IMG/VR virus record: IMGVR_UViG_3300022822_000015
Origin: an uncultured virus (IMG/VR IMGVR_UViG_3300022822_000015)
Lineage: Duplodnaviria; Heunggongvirae; Uroviricota; Caudoviricetes
Length of the DNA: 64,000 bases
Strand: one strand, 5' to 3'
The notes below the pieces were generated by a model. The model was given only the letters and a program-made list of their open reading frames with translations, was not told where the DNA came from and did no database searches. Below are positions 37,966 through 46,929 of this stretch, in pieces. Position 1 is the stretch's first letter; each line of letters opens with the position of its first letter. The position numbers and the translations under genes are program-made.

Positions 37966-38378
37966 AAACAGTTCATCAAATAACTTTACAACTTTTACGT
38001 AACAAAAATTCAGTATTGTTTGGATCTCAATCTTTAGAGCTAGACAACTGCGATGATACTGACATAGCAATAATGCTTAGTGACTTGCCTGAAGAATTAA
38101 AACATTTACAAGTTTTTAGTCCAGAAAACTATTTTACTGTTCTTCCATTTGGTTGTATTGGTTTTATACGCATTACTGATCAAATAAAAGATTTTTACGA
38201 AAAACCAAATCATATTGATATATTGTTATTCAATAACAAACTAGGTCTTAGTGTTATTTCAGGTGTTGTAAGAGATTTAAAAAGTATTCCTAAATTTTAC
38301 GTAACAGAAAAAAAAGTTAGAATAAAACTGTACGAAATAGGTATAACTTACTATAACAAAATGGTGGAAAACATCTAA
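37962..38378 (+). CDS. Minimal Pol-beta-type nucleotidyltransferase (tentative)
   Basis: LFGS-x9-DTDI and a later IDIL. Confidence 0.45.
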   Translation: MKTVHQITLQLLRNKNSVLFGSQSLELDNCDDTDIAIMLSDLPEELKHLQVFSPENYFTVLPFGCIGFIRITDQIKDFYEKPNHIDILLFNNKLGLSVISGVVRDLKSIPKFYVTEKKVRIKLYEIGITYYNKMVENI

Positions 38379-39043
38379 TGTCCTATAATACAGTAAATTA
38401 TCAAGTCTATAACACACTGTATAGTATTAACAAAATTTTACGAGTTCTTAACGAGCACAAAATACTAGGATTTGATGTAGAAACTAGATCAATTTACACT
38501 GCAGAACAAGTAAAAGAAGCTAAAGAGCTTCTTAAACATCCTAAAAATATTAATCCTTGTTTTTTAATTAATGTTAAAAAAGTGGCTAAGTCTTCTGGAT
38601 TAAGCCACCCAACTCTTATAAGAACTACACATTTTATATTTGGCATAACTAGTACTGAGAGTGTTATTTTGATAGCTCATGATGAAAAAACAGAAATGGC
38701 AATTTGGAATTGGATTGTAAAATACAAAGGCAAATTTCTTATACACAACTCAGGTTTTGATTTAAAAATATGCTATCAAAGAACAGGAAAACTTCCTGTA
38801 AATTTTGAAGACACTCAGTTAATTGCTAAATGTTACATAAACAATGCAGATAACTGGAAAGCTAAAGTAGGACTTAAAGTGCTCATGGGTGGTTATTACA
38901 ATCCAAAGTGGAGCATGTATGAGGATTACAATATCAAGAATATCAATGATACAGACTTCTTGGAATATTGTGCAATTGACGGAAGCTCTGTGGTAATGCT
39001 TTATAGGTTGCTGCAAGAGCATAAAGAGAGTATGCTACCATAG
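38378..39043 (+). CDS. 3'-5' exonuclease half of a split family A DNA polymerase
   Basis: ExoI FDVET, ExoII HNSGFD, ExoIII YCAID. Confidence 0.85.
   Translation: MSYNTVNYQVYNTLYSINKILRVLNEHKILGFDVETRSIYTAEQVKEAKELLKHPKNINPCFLINVKKVAKSSGLSHPTLIRTTHFIFGITSTESVILIAHDEKTEMAIWNWIVKYKGKFLIHNSGFDLKICYQRTGKLPVNFEDTQLIAKCYINNADNWKAKVGLKVLMGGYYNPKWSMYEDYNIKNINDTDFLEYCAIDGSSVVMLYRLLQEHKESMLP
39008..39036 (+). promoter_or_regulatory. Sigma70-like promoter for the HNH gene, inside the exonuclease 3' end
   Basis: TTGCTG-17 nt-TATGCT. Confidence 0.45.
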
Positions 39044-39069
39044 ACGTTTAGCAAACAAGGTTTAAAGTT

Positions 39070-39771
39070 ATGGAAAAGTCTAGTGTACGACTTAAAAGAA
39101 TACTGGTAGGTATGAAGTGCAGATGCAACGGAACAGCAGGAGAGCACTCACTAGTTAACTATAAAAACAGAGGAATAACAGTCTGTGATTTGTGGTTAAA
39201 CTCAACAAAAGACTTCATGTTATGGGCAATGGAAAATGGTTACACACCAGAGTTGTCTATAGACCGTATAAATAATGACAAAGGATACTCTCCAGATAAC
39301 TGTAGGTGGACAGATCAATCAGTACAATCTGCTAATACAAGAGTTCTTTATAAACATAACGTGTCTGGTTTCCGTGGGGTAAGTTGGAATAAGCAGTATG
39401 GTAAATGGGAAGTGTCTATAAGTGTTGACCGAAAAACAGTAAAGGTTGGCTACTACGACACTACCTTGGAGTCAGCTATGGCTTACGACACTTATATAAG
39501 GGATAACAATTTACCACATACAACAAATAACACTGTTGGAAGGGTAGAGTCCAGCAAAGGAAAGTTATTGTTGTCTAGTAACGTATCAGGTTACGTAGGT
39601 GTATCAGCACCTAAACGTATAGCTCACTTAAAAAATTGCTGGTTCACTCAAATACAAGTAAAAGGTGAAAGAGTGTTTAGTAAGTATACTGATTCGGCAA
39701 TGAACGCAGCAATTTTACGTGAACAATACATAAAAGATAACAACTTACCTAACAAGTTGAACTTCCAGTGA
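39070..39771 (+). mobile_element. HNH homing endonuclease with two AP2-like repeats
   Basis: RGITVC..W, SIDRINNDKGYSPDNCRW, NVSGFRGV and NVSGYVGV. Confidence 0.88.
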
Positions 39772-39810
39772 TGGTTGTAAAACTGTGGTACCAATTAAAG
39801 GAATTTAAAC

Positions 39811-40011
39811 ATGACTGAACATGACAATGAGATAAGAACTATTTATTGTGACTGTGGTGAATGGGAAATGTTTCCTTCTGATATGCCAAGACGAAAATCA
39901 CAAAACTTTGAACATGTACAAAACACTGAAAACAACGAAGCTATTTATAAATGCAATTGTGGTTTAACTACTACTAGTGTTTGTGAAATTTCAGATAGTT
40001 CTGAGGAATAA
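39811..40011 (+). CDS. Small zinc-ribbon protein
   Basis: CDCG ... CNCG. Confidence 0.55.
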   Translation: MTEHDNEIRTIYCDCGEWEMFPSDMPRRKSQNFEHVQNTENNEAIYKCNCGLTTTSVCEISDSSEE

Positions 40012-40014
40012 AAC

Positions 40015-40197
40015 ATGACTGAATACACAGTTAAATGGGAAATTCAGTTAGAAGCTGAAAGCCATAGGGAAGCAGCTAAACTAGCTAGAGGAATACATCT
40101 AGACCAAAACTCAGAAGCTTTAAATTTTAAAGTAACTAAAGATGACGATGGTACTATAAAGTTTATTAACTTAATGGACTATAACGGAGAAATCTAA
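40015..40197 (+). CDS. Hypothetical protein
   Basis: Y.V.WEI...A.S..EAA..A; GAGG RBS. Confidence 0.6.
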   Translation: MTEYTVKWEIQLEAESHREAAKLARGIHLDQNSEALNFKVTKDDDGTIKFINLMDYNGEI

Positions 40198-40487
40198 TGG
40201 TTTACAAAAATCTTAGAGATCTGGCTGCTGCACTTGACGTTGTGGTAGGAAGGTACATGTTACTCAACTACCGTATAACGGACACAGAAAACCAACATAC
40301 ACTGATGGTATTTCGTTTAGTACGGGAAGGTTACAAACTTCATGGCAAAAGCTCTGGTGGTGGTATTAAATCAGTCAACATAAAGCTAGACGATATTTTT
40401 GGTGTTGATGAACACTTACAAGAACTTGATGAGTTATGTCGTAACTCAATAGATAACAGTAAAAGGTATATGGTGCACTATGAGTAA
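40197..40487 (+). CDS. Hypothetical protein
   Basis: Coupled to both neighbours. Confidence 0.55.
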   Translation: MVYKNLRDLAAALDVVVGRYMLLNYRITDTENQHTLMVFRLVREGYKLHGKSSGGGIKSVNIKLDDIFGVDEHLQELDELCRNSIDNSKRYMVHYE

Positions 40488-42291
40488 CACACAGCTAAGA
40501 CCTTGGCAATTACTGCCTGTACCTTACCCAGCAGAATTTGATCCATCAGATGATGATCCTGATTATTTTTACAAAAACGTTGTAAAGCAGTTAATACCTG
40601 ACATTATTAAAATGACTCTAGAAGGTATCCCTATAGACCAAGAAGCAGTTGAAAAACTGAGATTAACTATCGATAATGTTTTAACTTCTGTAACAGAAAG
40701 ATTAAATAAAAATCCACTTATAGAGCAATACAAAGAACATGTATACCCTGCATTAGTTAAAGAATACAAAGATAAAGTACTTGTTTCTGTAAGAACATAT
40801 CATTATTATTTAAAAGAATTTAATACTAAAAATATTACTCATAGAACTTATGTTGTAAATGCTTTTTTAATAAATCAAAAACTTAATGATAAATGTAAAG
40901 AAAAATGGACAATACCAGAGCTTAAAAAAACAAACCAATTTTTAAAAAGTAGGTTTTTAACTAATGCAATTGACGGAACTCTTTCTCCTGTAAATCTTAC
41001 TGTTGAAACTGGAATGATTAATCTAGCAAAAGAACAAGCAAGACTGTGGAATAAACCTAGATACAAAAAATCTGATATACCTGTAATAGTTCCTGACATT
41101 AATCCTGCAAGTGCTAAACAACTTCAAACGTTTTTTAATATGCTGGAAATAGAACCTATTACGTTATCAAGTAAAACAGGTGATGCCAGTTGGAACCGTA
41201 AAAACATAGAAATGTTATTTAATACTGAAACAGATGAAGATCTTTTAGATGTACTACAAGCGTTTATTGACCATTCATTTAGTGGAATTATAAAAAATAA
41301 CTTTTTAGCAGCATTTGATAGTTTTACAATTGACGGTGTACTGTACGGTAACATTAAATTGTTCGGTGCTAAGAGCTTCAGACCAACCTCTAACTCGCCT
41401 AACCTGCTTAACATGCCTAGTTCTAAGTCTATATACGCAAAGCCCTTAAAAGAGTGTTTTATATCTCCTGAAGGCAAAGTTATATATGCAGTAGACTTAG
41501 GTGCTTTAGAAGACAGAGGCATTGCAAATCTGTCAGGTGATAAAAACAAACAAAATATTTTTCTAGAAAACTTAGATGGTCACTCTCTCAACGCTTGTGG
41601 TTACTTTAAAAAAGAAATAGAAAAGTATATGGGTGTAAATACTGACAACGTAGCTTATGTAAAAGAATTTTTTAGGTTAACTGATGAAGAAAAACATCCT
41701 GAACTTATTAAAATTAGATTTAATTCTAAAGCTCCTACTTTTAAACTAGCTTATGGCGGTTTTCCAGATGACACCAAAGGTGGAGTAATTACCGAAGAAA
41801 TATTTAACAACTACCATACTGTTTTATACCCGGGTATTACTGATTACCGGGAAAACTATGTACTTCCGTTTGCTCAAGAAAATGGCTACATACATCTAGG
41901 TTTAGGTTGCAGAATATACACAGATGACGCTGAAGGTAAAATTAGATCTATAAATAATGCAACAGTACAATTTTGGAGCATATTAACTCTAATAGCAGTT
42001 AACGAAATTAATTTTAGAATTTCAGAACTGGGTTATGAAAATAACATAAAAGCAATTTCAACTATTTACGACAGTATTTACTTTATAGTAGATGCAGACA
42101 CCGAAATGATTAAATGGCTTAACGACAATATTATTCCAATACTTTGTACTAAATGGCTTGAAGAAGAAGTTGTTTGTAACGTTGCTGAAGGTGAAATAGG
42201 TCTTAATTGGGCTAATTTACATAAAGTTAAAAACAACGCACCGCTAGAAGACATATACAAAATTTTGGAGAAAATTCATGATAAAAAATAA
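40480..42291 (+). CDS. Polymerase half of a split family A DNA polymerase
   Basis: R.TS..PNL.N.P, motif A VDLGALEDR, motif B R..SKAPTFKLAYGG, motif C IYDS. Confidence 0.9.
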   Translation: MSNTQLRPWQLLPVPYPAEFDPSDDDPDYFYKNVVKQLIPDIIKMTLEGIPIDQEAVEKLRLTIDNVLTSVTERLNKNPLIEQYKEHVYPALVKEYKDKVLVSVRTYHYYLKEFNTKNITHRTYVVNAFLINQKLNDKCKEKWTIPELKKTNQFLKSRFLTNAIDGTLSPVNLTVETGMINLAKEQARLWNKPRYKKSDIPVIVPDINPASAKQLQTFFNMLEIEPITLSSKTGDASWNRKNIEMLFNTETDEDLLDVLQAFIDHSFSGIIKNNFLAAFDSFTIDGVLYGNIKLFGAKSFRPTSNSPNLLNMPSSKSIYAKPLKECFISPEGKVIYAVDLGALEDRGIANLSGDKNKQNIFLENLDGHSLNACGYFKKEIEKYMGVNTDNVAYVKEFFRLTDEEKHPELIKIRFNSKAPTFKLAYGGFPDDTKGGVITEEIFNNYHTVLYPGITDYRENYVLPFAQENGYIHLGLGCRIYTDDAEGKIRSINNATVQFWSILTLIAVNEINFRISELGYENNIKAISTIYDSIYFIVDADTEMIKWLNDNIIPILCTKWLEEEVVCNVAEGEIGLNWANLHKVKNNAPLEDIYKILEKIHDKK

Positions 42292-42466
42292 AGAACAACT
42301 TATAAAAAATATATCAGAAAAAGCAGTAGATGAAATGGACCTATCTACTCTTATGGAAATAGTTTTTGAAACTATTTGTAAAAATTTAAATAATTTAACT
42401 GATAAGGAACTTGTAGAAAATATAAAAGAATTCTACGAAGAATTTACTAACGATATTGAATACTAG
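42278..42466 (+). CDS. Hypothetical acidic protein
   Basis: 62 aa, GGAG RBS. Confidence 0.5.
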   Translation: MIKNKEQLIKNISEKAVDEMDLSTLMEIVFETICKNLNNLTDKELVENIKEFYEEFTNDIEY

Positions 42467-42474
42467 GAAAAAAC

Positions 42475-42684
42475 ATGCAAAACATAGGAAAATTAAGAGA
42501 AAATGGTTGGCTTGATACTAAAGCACCAAATTCTCCACGTAAGGTACTTTTAAACATGAAGTTAGCTGTAGCTGTTGAAGAAAATAATGATGGTACTTGT
42601 AAAGTTTTATTTCCATCAAGATCTTGTAAAAATACAATTACATCTTTTGAGGCTGTAGAAACTTTTTTATCGGAGATGAAATAA
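42475..42684 (+). CDS. Hypothetical protein
   Basis: 69 aa, AGGA RBS. Confidence 0.5.
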   Translation: MQNIGKLRENGWLDTKAPNSPRKVLLNMKLAVAVEENNDGTCKVLFPSRSCKNTITSFEAVETFLSEMK

Positions 42685-42685
42685 C

Positions 42686-43495
42686 ATGTCAAATCCATTA
42701 GATTATGACCACAGTACTGACTATCTACCAAAAGACTGTGTACTAAAAATAAGTCCAAGCAAATTTAGTACTTTTATTGAAAAGCCTCATAACTGGTTTA
42801 GACAAGTTATACTTGGAGAAAACCAATTTACTTATAGTACGTCATCAGTACTTGGTACAGTAGTGCATTACTTATCTGAAATGGTAGCTAAAAAACAAGA
42901 TATAAGTAAAGACGCTATTTTTGAATACATAAATAAACATGAAGATAATGATGATTACTGTGCTCAAACAGTAATTGATAATTTTGAACAAATGGCAGGG
43001 GTACTTATTAATGAATACGTACTTCCTAATATGGATAACTACCTAGAAATTGAATCTAGGCATTTTGTAGAAATACTAAAAGGCTTTTATGCTAGTGGTA
43101 GTTTAGATGTGTTAGAAGGCACTAAAGACGATTGTATGGTATCTGATTATAAAACTTACCATTCAAAAACTAAACCTAAGTCAATACCTTACTATTACAA
43201 ATACCAACTGCTTGTTTATGCTTACATTCTTACAAAGCTAAAGTACAAACCAACACGTATAAGACTTATATATGTAAGCAGAAATATTGAAGGTCTTATG
43301 AGTCCTACTGGTAACGGTAAACAATTAAAGTCATACCCTCCTGAATTAACAGTTCTTACAGAAATGATTACTGATGAAGATATGCAATTTATTACCGGGC
43401 AGTTAGAAATGTGTGTTGATGCATGTCTCGCTACTGATGAACATCCTGAATTAACGCATGTAATTTGGCATGATCCGCGCCTTCGTGGTTTATAA
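42686..43495 (+). CDS. PD-(D/E)XK (Cas4/RecB-like) exonuclease
   Basis: ISPS, GT.VH, G..D, SDYKT, Y..QL..YA. Confidence 0.82.
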   Translation: MSNPLDYDHSTDYLPKDCVLKISPSKFSTFIEKPHNWFRQVILGENQFTYSTSSVLGTVVHYLSEMVAKKQDISKDAIFEYINKHEDNDDYCAQTVIDNFEQMAGVLINEYVLPNMDNYLEIESRHFVEILKGFYASGSLDVLEGTKDDCMVSDYKTYHSKTKPKSIPYYYKYQLLVYAYILTKLKYKPTRIRLIYVSRNIEGLMSPTGNGKQLKSYPPELTVLTEMITDEDMQFITGQLEMCVDACLATDEHPELTHVIWHDPRLRGL

Positions 43496-43498
43496 TAG

Positions 43499-43527
43499 TA
43501 GACAAACGTGCCACAACAAGGTAGTAT
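43499..43527 (+). promoter_or_regulatory. Sigma70-like promoter for the HNH gene
   Basis: TAGACA-17 nt-TAGTAT, then AAGGAG RBS. Confidence 0.55.
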
Positions 43528-43550
43528 TTGTTTTTTAAGGAGTAAAGAAC

Positions 43551-44051
43551 ATGGCACAAAGACAGTCAAGATTTGGAAGAAGTACAGGAAAAAATAACGC
43601 TACTGACTCACCTAACTACACAAGATGGAGTCACATGAGACATCGTTGTTATGTTGAGTCAGATAATAACTATTTTAACTATGGTAAAAAAGGAATCATT
43701 GTTTATAAAGAATGGATTACTGATTTTTTTGCTTATGAAAAATACATAATGTCTTTACCTAATGCAGGAAAAGAAACCTACACAATAGACAGAATAGATT
43801 CATCTAAAAACTATGAACCTGAAAATTTACGTTGGGCTTCTAAAGTAACGCAATCAAGAAACTGTAGAATTTCTTCTAACAACAAGTCAGGAGTTACAGG
43901 TGTGTCTTGGGATAAAAGAAATAACAAATGGAGAGCAGTGATAGCTATTAACTACAAAACAGTATCACTAGGAAGATTTGATTTACTTGAAGATGCTATT
44001 TCAGCAAGAAAACAAAAAGAAAATGAAATTAAATTTTATAAGCAGGCTTAA
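43551..44051 (+). mobile_element. HNH homing endonuclease with AP2-like domain
   Basis: TIDRIDS.KNYEP.NLRWA, NKSGVTGVSW, LGRF...EDA..AR. Confidence 0.88.
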
Positions 44052-44063
44052 AGGTGCGTAATT

Positions 44064-44288
44064 GTGACTTGGACAAAAGAAGAATACGGAGTTCTTTCAG
44101 ATAAAAGAGGTGGTCGTTGGACAATAACTAATGGTCATTTAAGATTTGATGTGCATGTTATGTACGACGGTAGTGGACGAAAAGAAAAATATCCTGATGG
44201 TGTAATAATATCAGTTGACCAAGCTGACGAGTATGTAGATAAAATTATCAATGCTTTAAATGAAGCTAATGTAAAACTAGAAAGGTAA
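44064..44288 (+). CDS. Hypothetical protein
   Basis: GTG start after AAGGTG. Confidence 0.5.
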   Translation: MTWTKEEYGVLSDKRGGRWTITNGHLRFDVHVMYDGSGRKEKYPDGVIISVDQADEYVDKIINALNEANVKLER

Positions 44289-44292
44289 AATA

Positions 44293-44595
44293 ATGATACA
44301 ATCATTACAAGAAATTATATCAAAAAAAGCTCAATCTGAACTAAACACAAAATACATAAATGTATGCAACAAATTTTTAACTGACTTAAAGATGGTCGGT
44401 GAAAGAGTTGATTTAGAAATAGATGGCAAAGTAATATTTGTTCCTTCCAGAAAAATTATAGAAGCTTTTATTTATTCAGCTTACAAAATCAACGCAGAAA
44501 CACACGTAGAAAAAGAAACTATAAAGTTTATGCAAAGTGTACAACAAGCAAAAGTTAGATTAGAAGAACTTGGAGAATGGAATTATGATGAGTAA
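44293..44595 (+). CDS. Hypothetical protein
   Basis: 100 aa in operon. Confidence 0.55.
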   Translation: MIQSLQEIISKKAQSELNTKYINVCNKFLTDLKMVGERVDLEIDGKVIFVPSRKIIEAFIYSAYKINAETHVEKETIKFMQSVQQAKVRLEELGEWNYDE

Positions 44596-44764
44596 TGTAC
44601 CAGATGACTATTGGAGTCACACAGACAATCCATTACATCCAGACTTTGATGACAAACAAGGAATGTTGGATGAAAAAGAGTATGAAAAGCAAAGGGAAAT
44701 TGCTATAGACGCTGAAGCTGAAAGACGAGCTGAAGAAAAAACTGACGCATTTTTATTTGAGTAA
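44588..44764 (+). CDS. Small acidic hypothetical protein
   Basis: Overlapping start MSNVPDDYW. Confidence 0.5.
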   Translation: MSNVPDDYWSHTDNPLHPDFDDKQGMLDEKEYEKQREIAIDAEAERRAEEKTDAFLFE

Positions 44765-44777
44765 CAAAGGTTAGATT

Positions 44778-45515
44778 ATGAGCGCAAAAATATTAGTAAA
44801 CGGTAAATCAGGTTCTGGTAAAACTAACCTGTTAAAAACATTAACAGACGCATTTGTTATATCTAGAGACGGTAAACAATTTCCTTTTAGTATACCTCAC
44901 ATGATGGTACCAACATTTTATGATATGCAAATACTGACACAAGGAGGTCAAGTTGTAATAGACGGTTTAGAAGTTGACGTTGAAGGATTTTTTGATAAAG
45001 TTGAAAAATACAATGACAAAATGGGATTTTACCCTAAAACAATTGTAATTGACTCAGTTTCTAAAATCATGCAAGACATAATCGATTACGCAAACATAAA
45101 CTTTGTTAACTTTGATATCCATTCTTATATAAATAAAGAAACAGCAGTGCTTACTAAATTTGTACAAGAAGATTTAGTAGCAGAAGGCATGAACGTAGTT
45201 ATTATTAATCACGTTATGGACAATGACAAAAAAGGTCTTATACCGATCGGTCAAGGCAAGTTTAAAGACAAAGGTGGTTTTTACGGTGAAGTAGATCACT
45301 CTATACTCGTAGAAAATTTAAAAGTTGTTCATCGTGGCGTAGAGAATCAAGCTAGAACTACTATTGCAACACTGCCTGATAGACAGCATATTGAAAATGA
45401 CGTTAACCCTGCTAAAAGTAAAAAACTAGCAGAAGGTGAAGTTTATTACAATTTGCAAGAACACATTGACATGATTTTGAAAACAGAAAATGACAATGCT
45501 GAATGGTGCTTTTAA
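44778..45515 (+). CDS. AAA_24 / Sak4-like NTPase (N4 gp44-like)
   Basis: GKSGSGKT, IVIDSVS, IINH. Confidence 0.78.
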   Translation: MSAKILVNGKSGSGKTNLLKTLTDAFVISRDGKQFPFSIPHMMVPTFYDMQILTQGGQVVIDGLEVDVEGFFDKVEKYNDKMGFYPKTIVIDSVSKIMQDIIDYANINFVNFDIHSYINKETAVLTKFVQEDLVAEGMNVVIINHVMDNDKKGLIPIGQGKFKDKGGFYGEVDHSILVENLKVVHRGVENQARTTIATLPDRQHIENDVNPAKSKKLAEGEVYYNLQEHIDMILKTENDNAEWCF

Positions 45516-45958
45516 TGAATAAACAGCTATTACATTCTTCTGGCAAAATTTCTTACCTTTTAGGTATAGACAAAGATAATGCAAAAGTTTGGCTAGAAGA
45601 CGCTGTGTGGGATTGTAGTTGGTATTGGGGATTTGGTTACATGGTAACTTACAATATATCAAAAACAGACATTACTTCACATACTCATTTTAACAGTTTG
45701 TTTAAAGAAGGCAAAATTACACTATCAGATAACGGTATTAAAACACCTCTTTCAGCAAAAGAAGAATGGGAACTAGCTGAACTTATGAAAAGTTTTTACA
45801 TACTAAGGGAAGCAGCAGATCTTTTACACCGTGGTGGAACACACATATCAAACAATCCTGCTTCAAAAGTTCTTAAATTACCAAAGTACTCAAATCATAT
45901 AAATAAAGTACTACTGCCAGCTATTTTTAAATCAGTTTTTAAAATACTGCAACCATAA
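45515..45958 (+). CDS. Hypothetical conserved phage protein
   Basis: YLLG, WDCSWYWGFGY, SHTHF, LMKSFY. Confidence 0.6.
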   Translation: MNKQLLHSSGKISYLLGIDKDNAKVWLEDAVWDCSWYWGFGYMVTYNISKTDITSHTHFNSLFKEGKITLSDNGIKTPLSAKEEWELAELMKSFYILREAADLLHRGGTHISNNPASKVLKLPKYSNHINKVLLPAIFKSVFKILQP

Positions 45959-46006
45959 TTACCAACAAGGGCTGACACCCTTTACTAACCCATGAGGGAC
46001 TAAAAC

Positions 46007-46711
46007 ATGTCATTTGCAAAGAAAAGCACAAATAAAGAAGACGTTAAAGCGTCAGCCAGTAACTACATTTCAGCATCTGGTTTTTACAACGTATCTGTAT
46101 TAGCAGCTTTTGTTGATACGTCAGAAAAAGGATCTAATGTTGTTAACTTTTTCGTAAACAATGAAGGTCAAGAACAAGTTCTGTACGGTAACTTACGTGT
46201 TACTAACAGTAACGATGACAATGGCGATTCAGTAGAAAACAAAATAGGTATGAAAGTTTTTAACCATATACTAGTTGTTGCTGACATTGATACTGTTGCT
46301 GACCCTGTTGAAGGCGATTTGCCTATTGGAAAAGAAGGTATAGACAAAACTGTAGCAATTCTCGAAGACCTACAAGATATTGACCTTGTTATGCGTATTC
46401 AACTTGAGTACACAAAATATATGGGCAAGATCCAAGAAAAGAAAGTGTTAAAAGCTGTCTATCGTGCTGGTGATAACGCAACTGCAGAAGAAATTGTTAA
46501 TGATGGTAACTTTGGTGCTGGTTTTGAAAAAGATCAAAAATATAAAGACAACATCACATACAAAGATGACCTTACTGCTGAAGATATTGAAAAATGGGTA
46601 TCTGGTGGACGTAAAAATACTGGTAGTAGTGGTGGTGGTGGAAAATCTTCAACTTCAAAAACACCTTCATTCGGTAATTCTGAAAAGCGTTTCGGCAATA
46701 AAAAAGCGTAA
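46007..46711 (+). CDS. Single-stranded DNA-binding protein (N4 gp45-like)
   Basis: Position after the AAA_24 gene; SG.Y...AF..S..G, flexible Gly/Ser tail. Confidence 0.65.
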   Translation: MSFAKKSTNKEDVKASASNYISASGFYNVSVLAAFVDTSEKGSNVVNFFVNNEGQEQVLYGNLRVTNSNDDNGDSVENKIGMKVFNHILVVADIDTVADPVEGDLPIGKEGIDKTVAILEDLQDIDLVMRIQLEYTKYMGKIQEKKVLKAVYRAGDNATAEEIVNDGNFGAGFEKDQKYKDNITYKDDLTAEDIEKWVSGGRKNTGSSGGGGKSSTSKTPSFGNSEKRFGNKKA

Positions 46712-46899
46712 TGTGGAGTAGACTAGTTATTGGCTTTAAAACATTAATAACTGCCATACTAATTGGAGGCACAGTTGTTGCCTCTTTTTACGTAGGGTAT
46801 TTGTTGTTAGTTTTAGTAACATTGCTGATTATAGTTGGAATAGCTTATCTGTTTTTTAACAGAGATAAGGTAGTCGAGTGGTTTAACTCAGATGATTAA
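46711..46899 (+). CDS. Small two-TM membrane protein
   Basis: Hydrophobic 62-aa ORF. Confidence 0.55.
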   Translation: MWSRLVIGFKTLITAILIGGTVVASFYVGYLLLVLVTLLIIVGIAYLFFNRDKVVEWFNSDD

Positions 46900-46905
46900 A
46901 ATATT

Positions 46906-46927
46906 GGGGAGGTAACTCCCCTTTATT
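46906..46927. terminator. Terminator at the convergence of middle and late transcription
   Basis: GGGGAG-GTAA-CTCCCC then TTTATT, between convergent stops. Confidence 0.7.
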
Positions 46928-46929
46928 CA

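Noticed and set aside
39044..40479. Group I intron joining the polymerase halves
   Set aside because: The interval is filled by four ORFs with almost no non-coding space, and I saw no intron core elements
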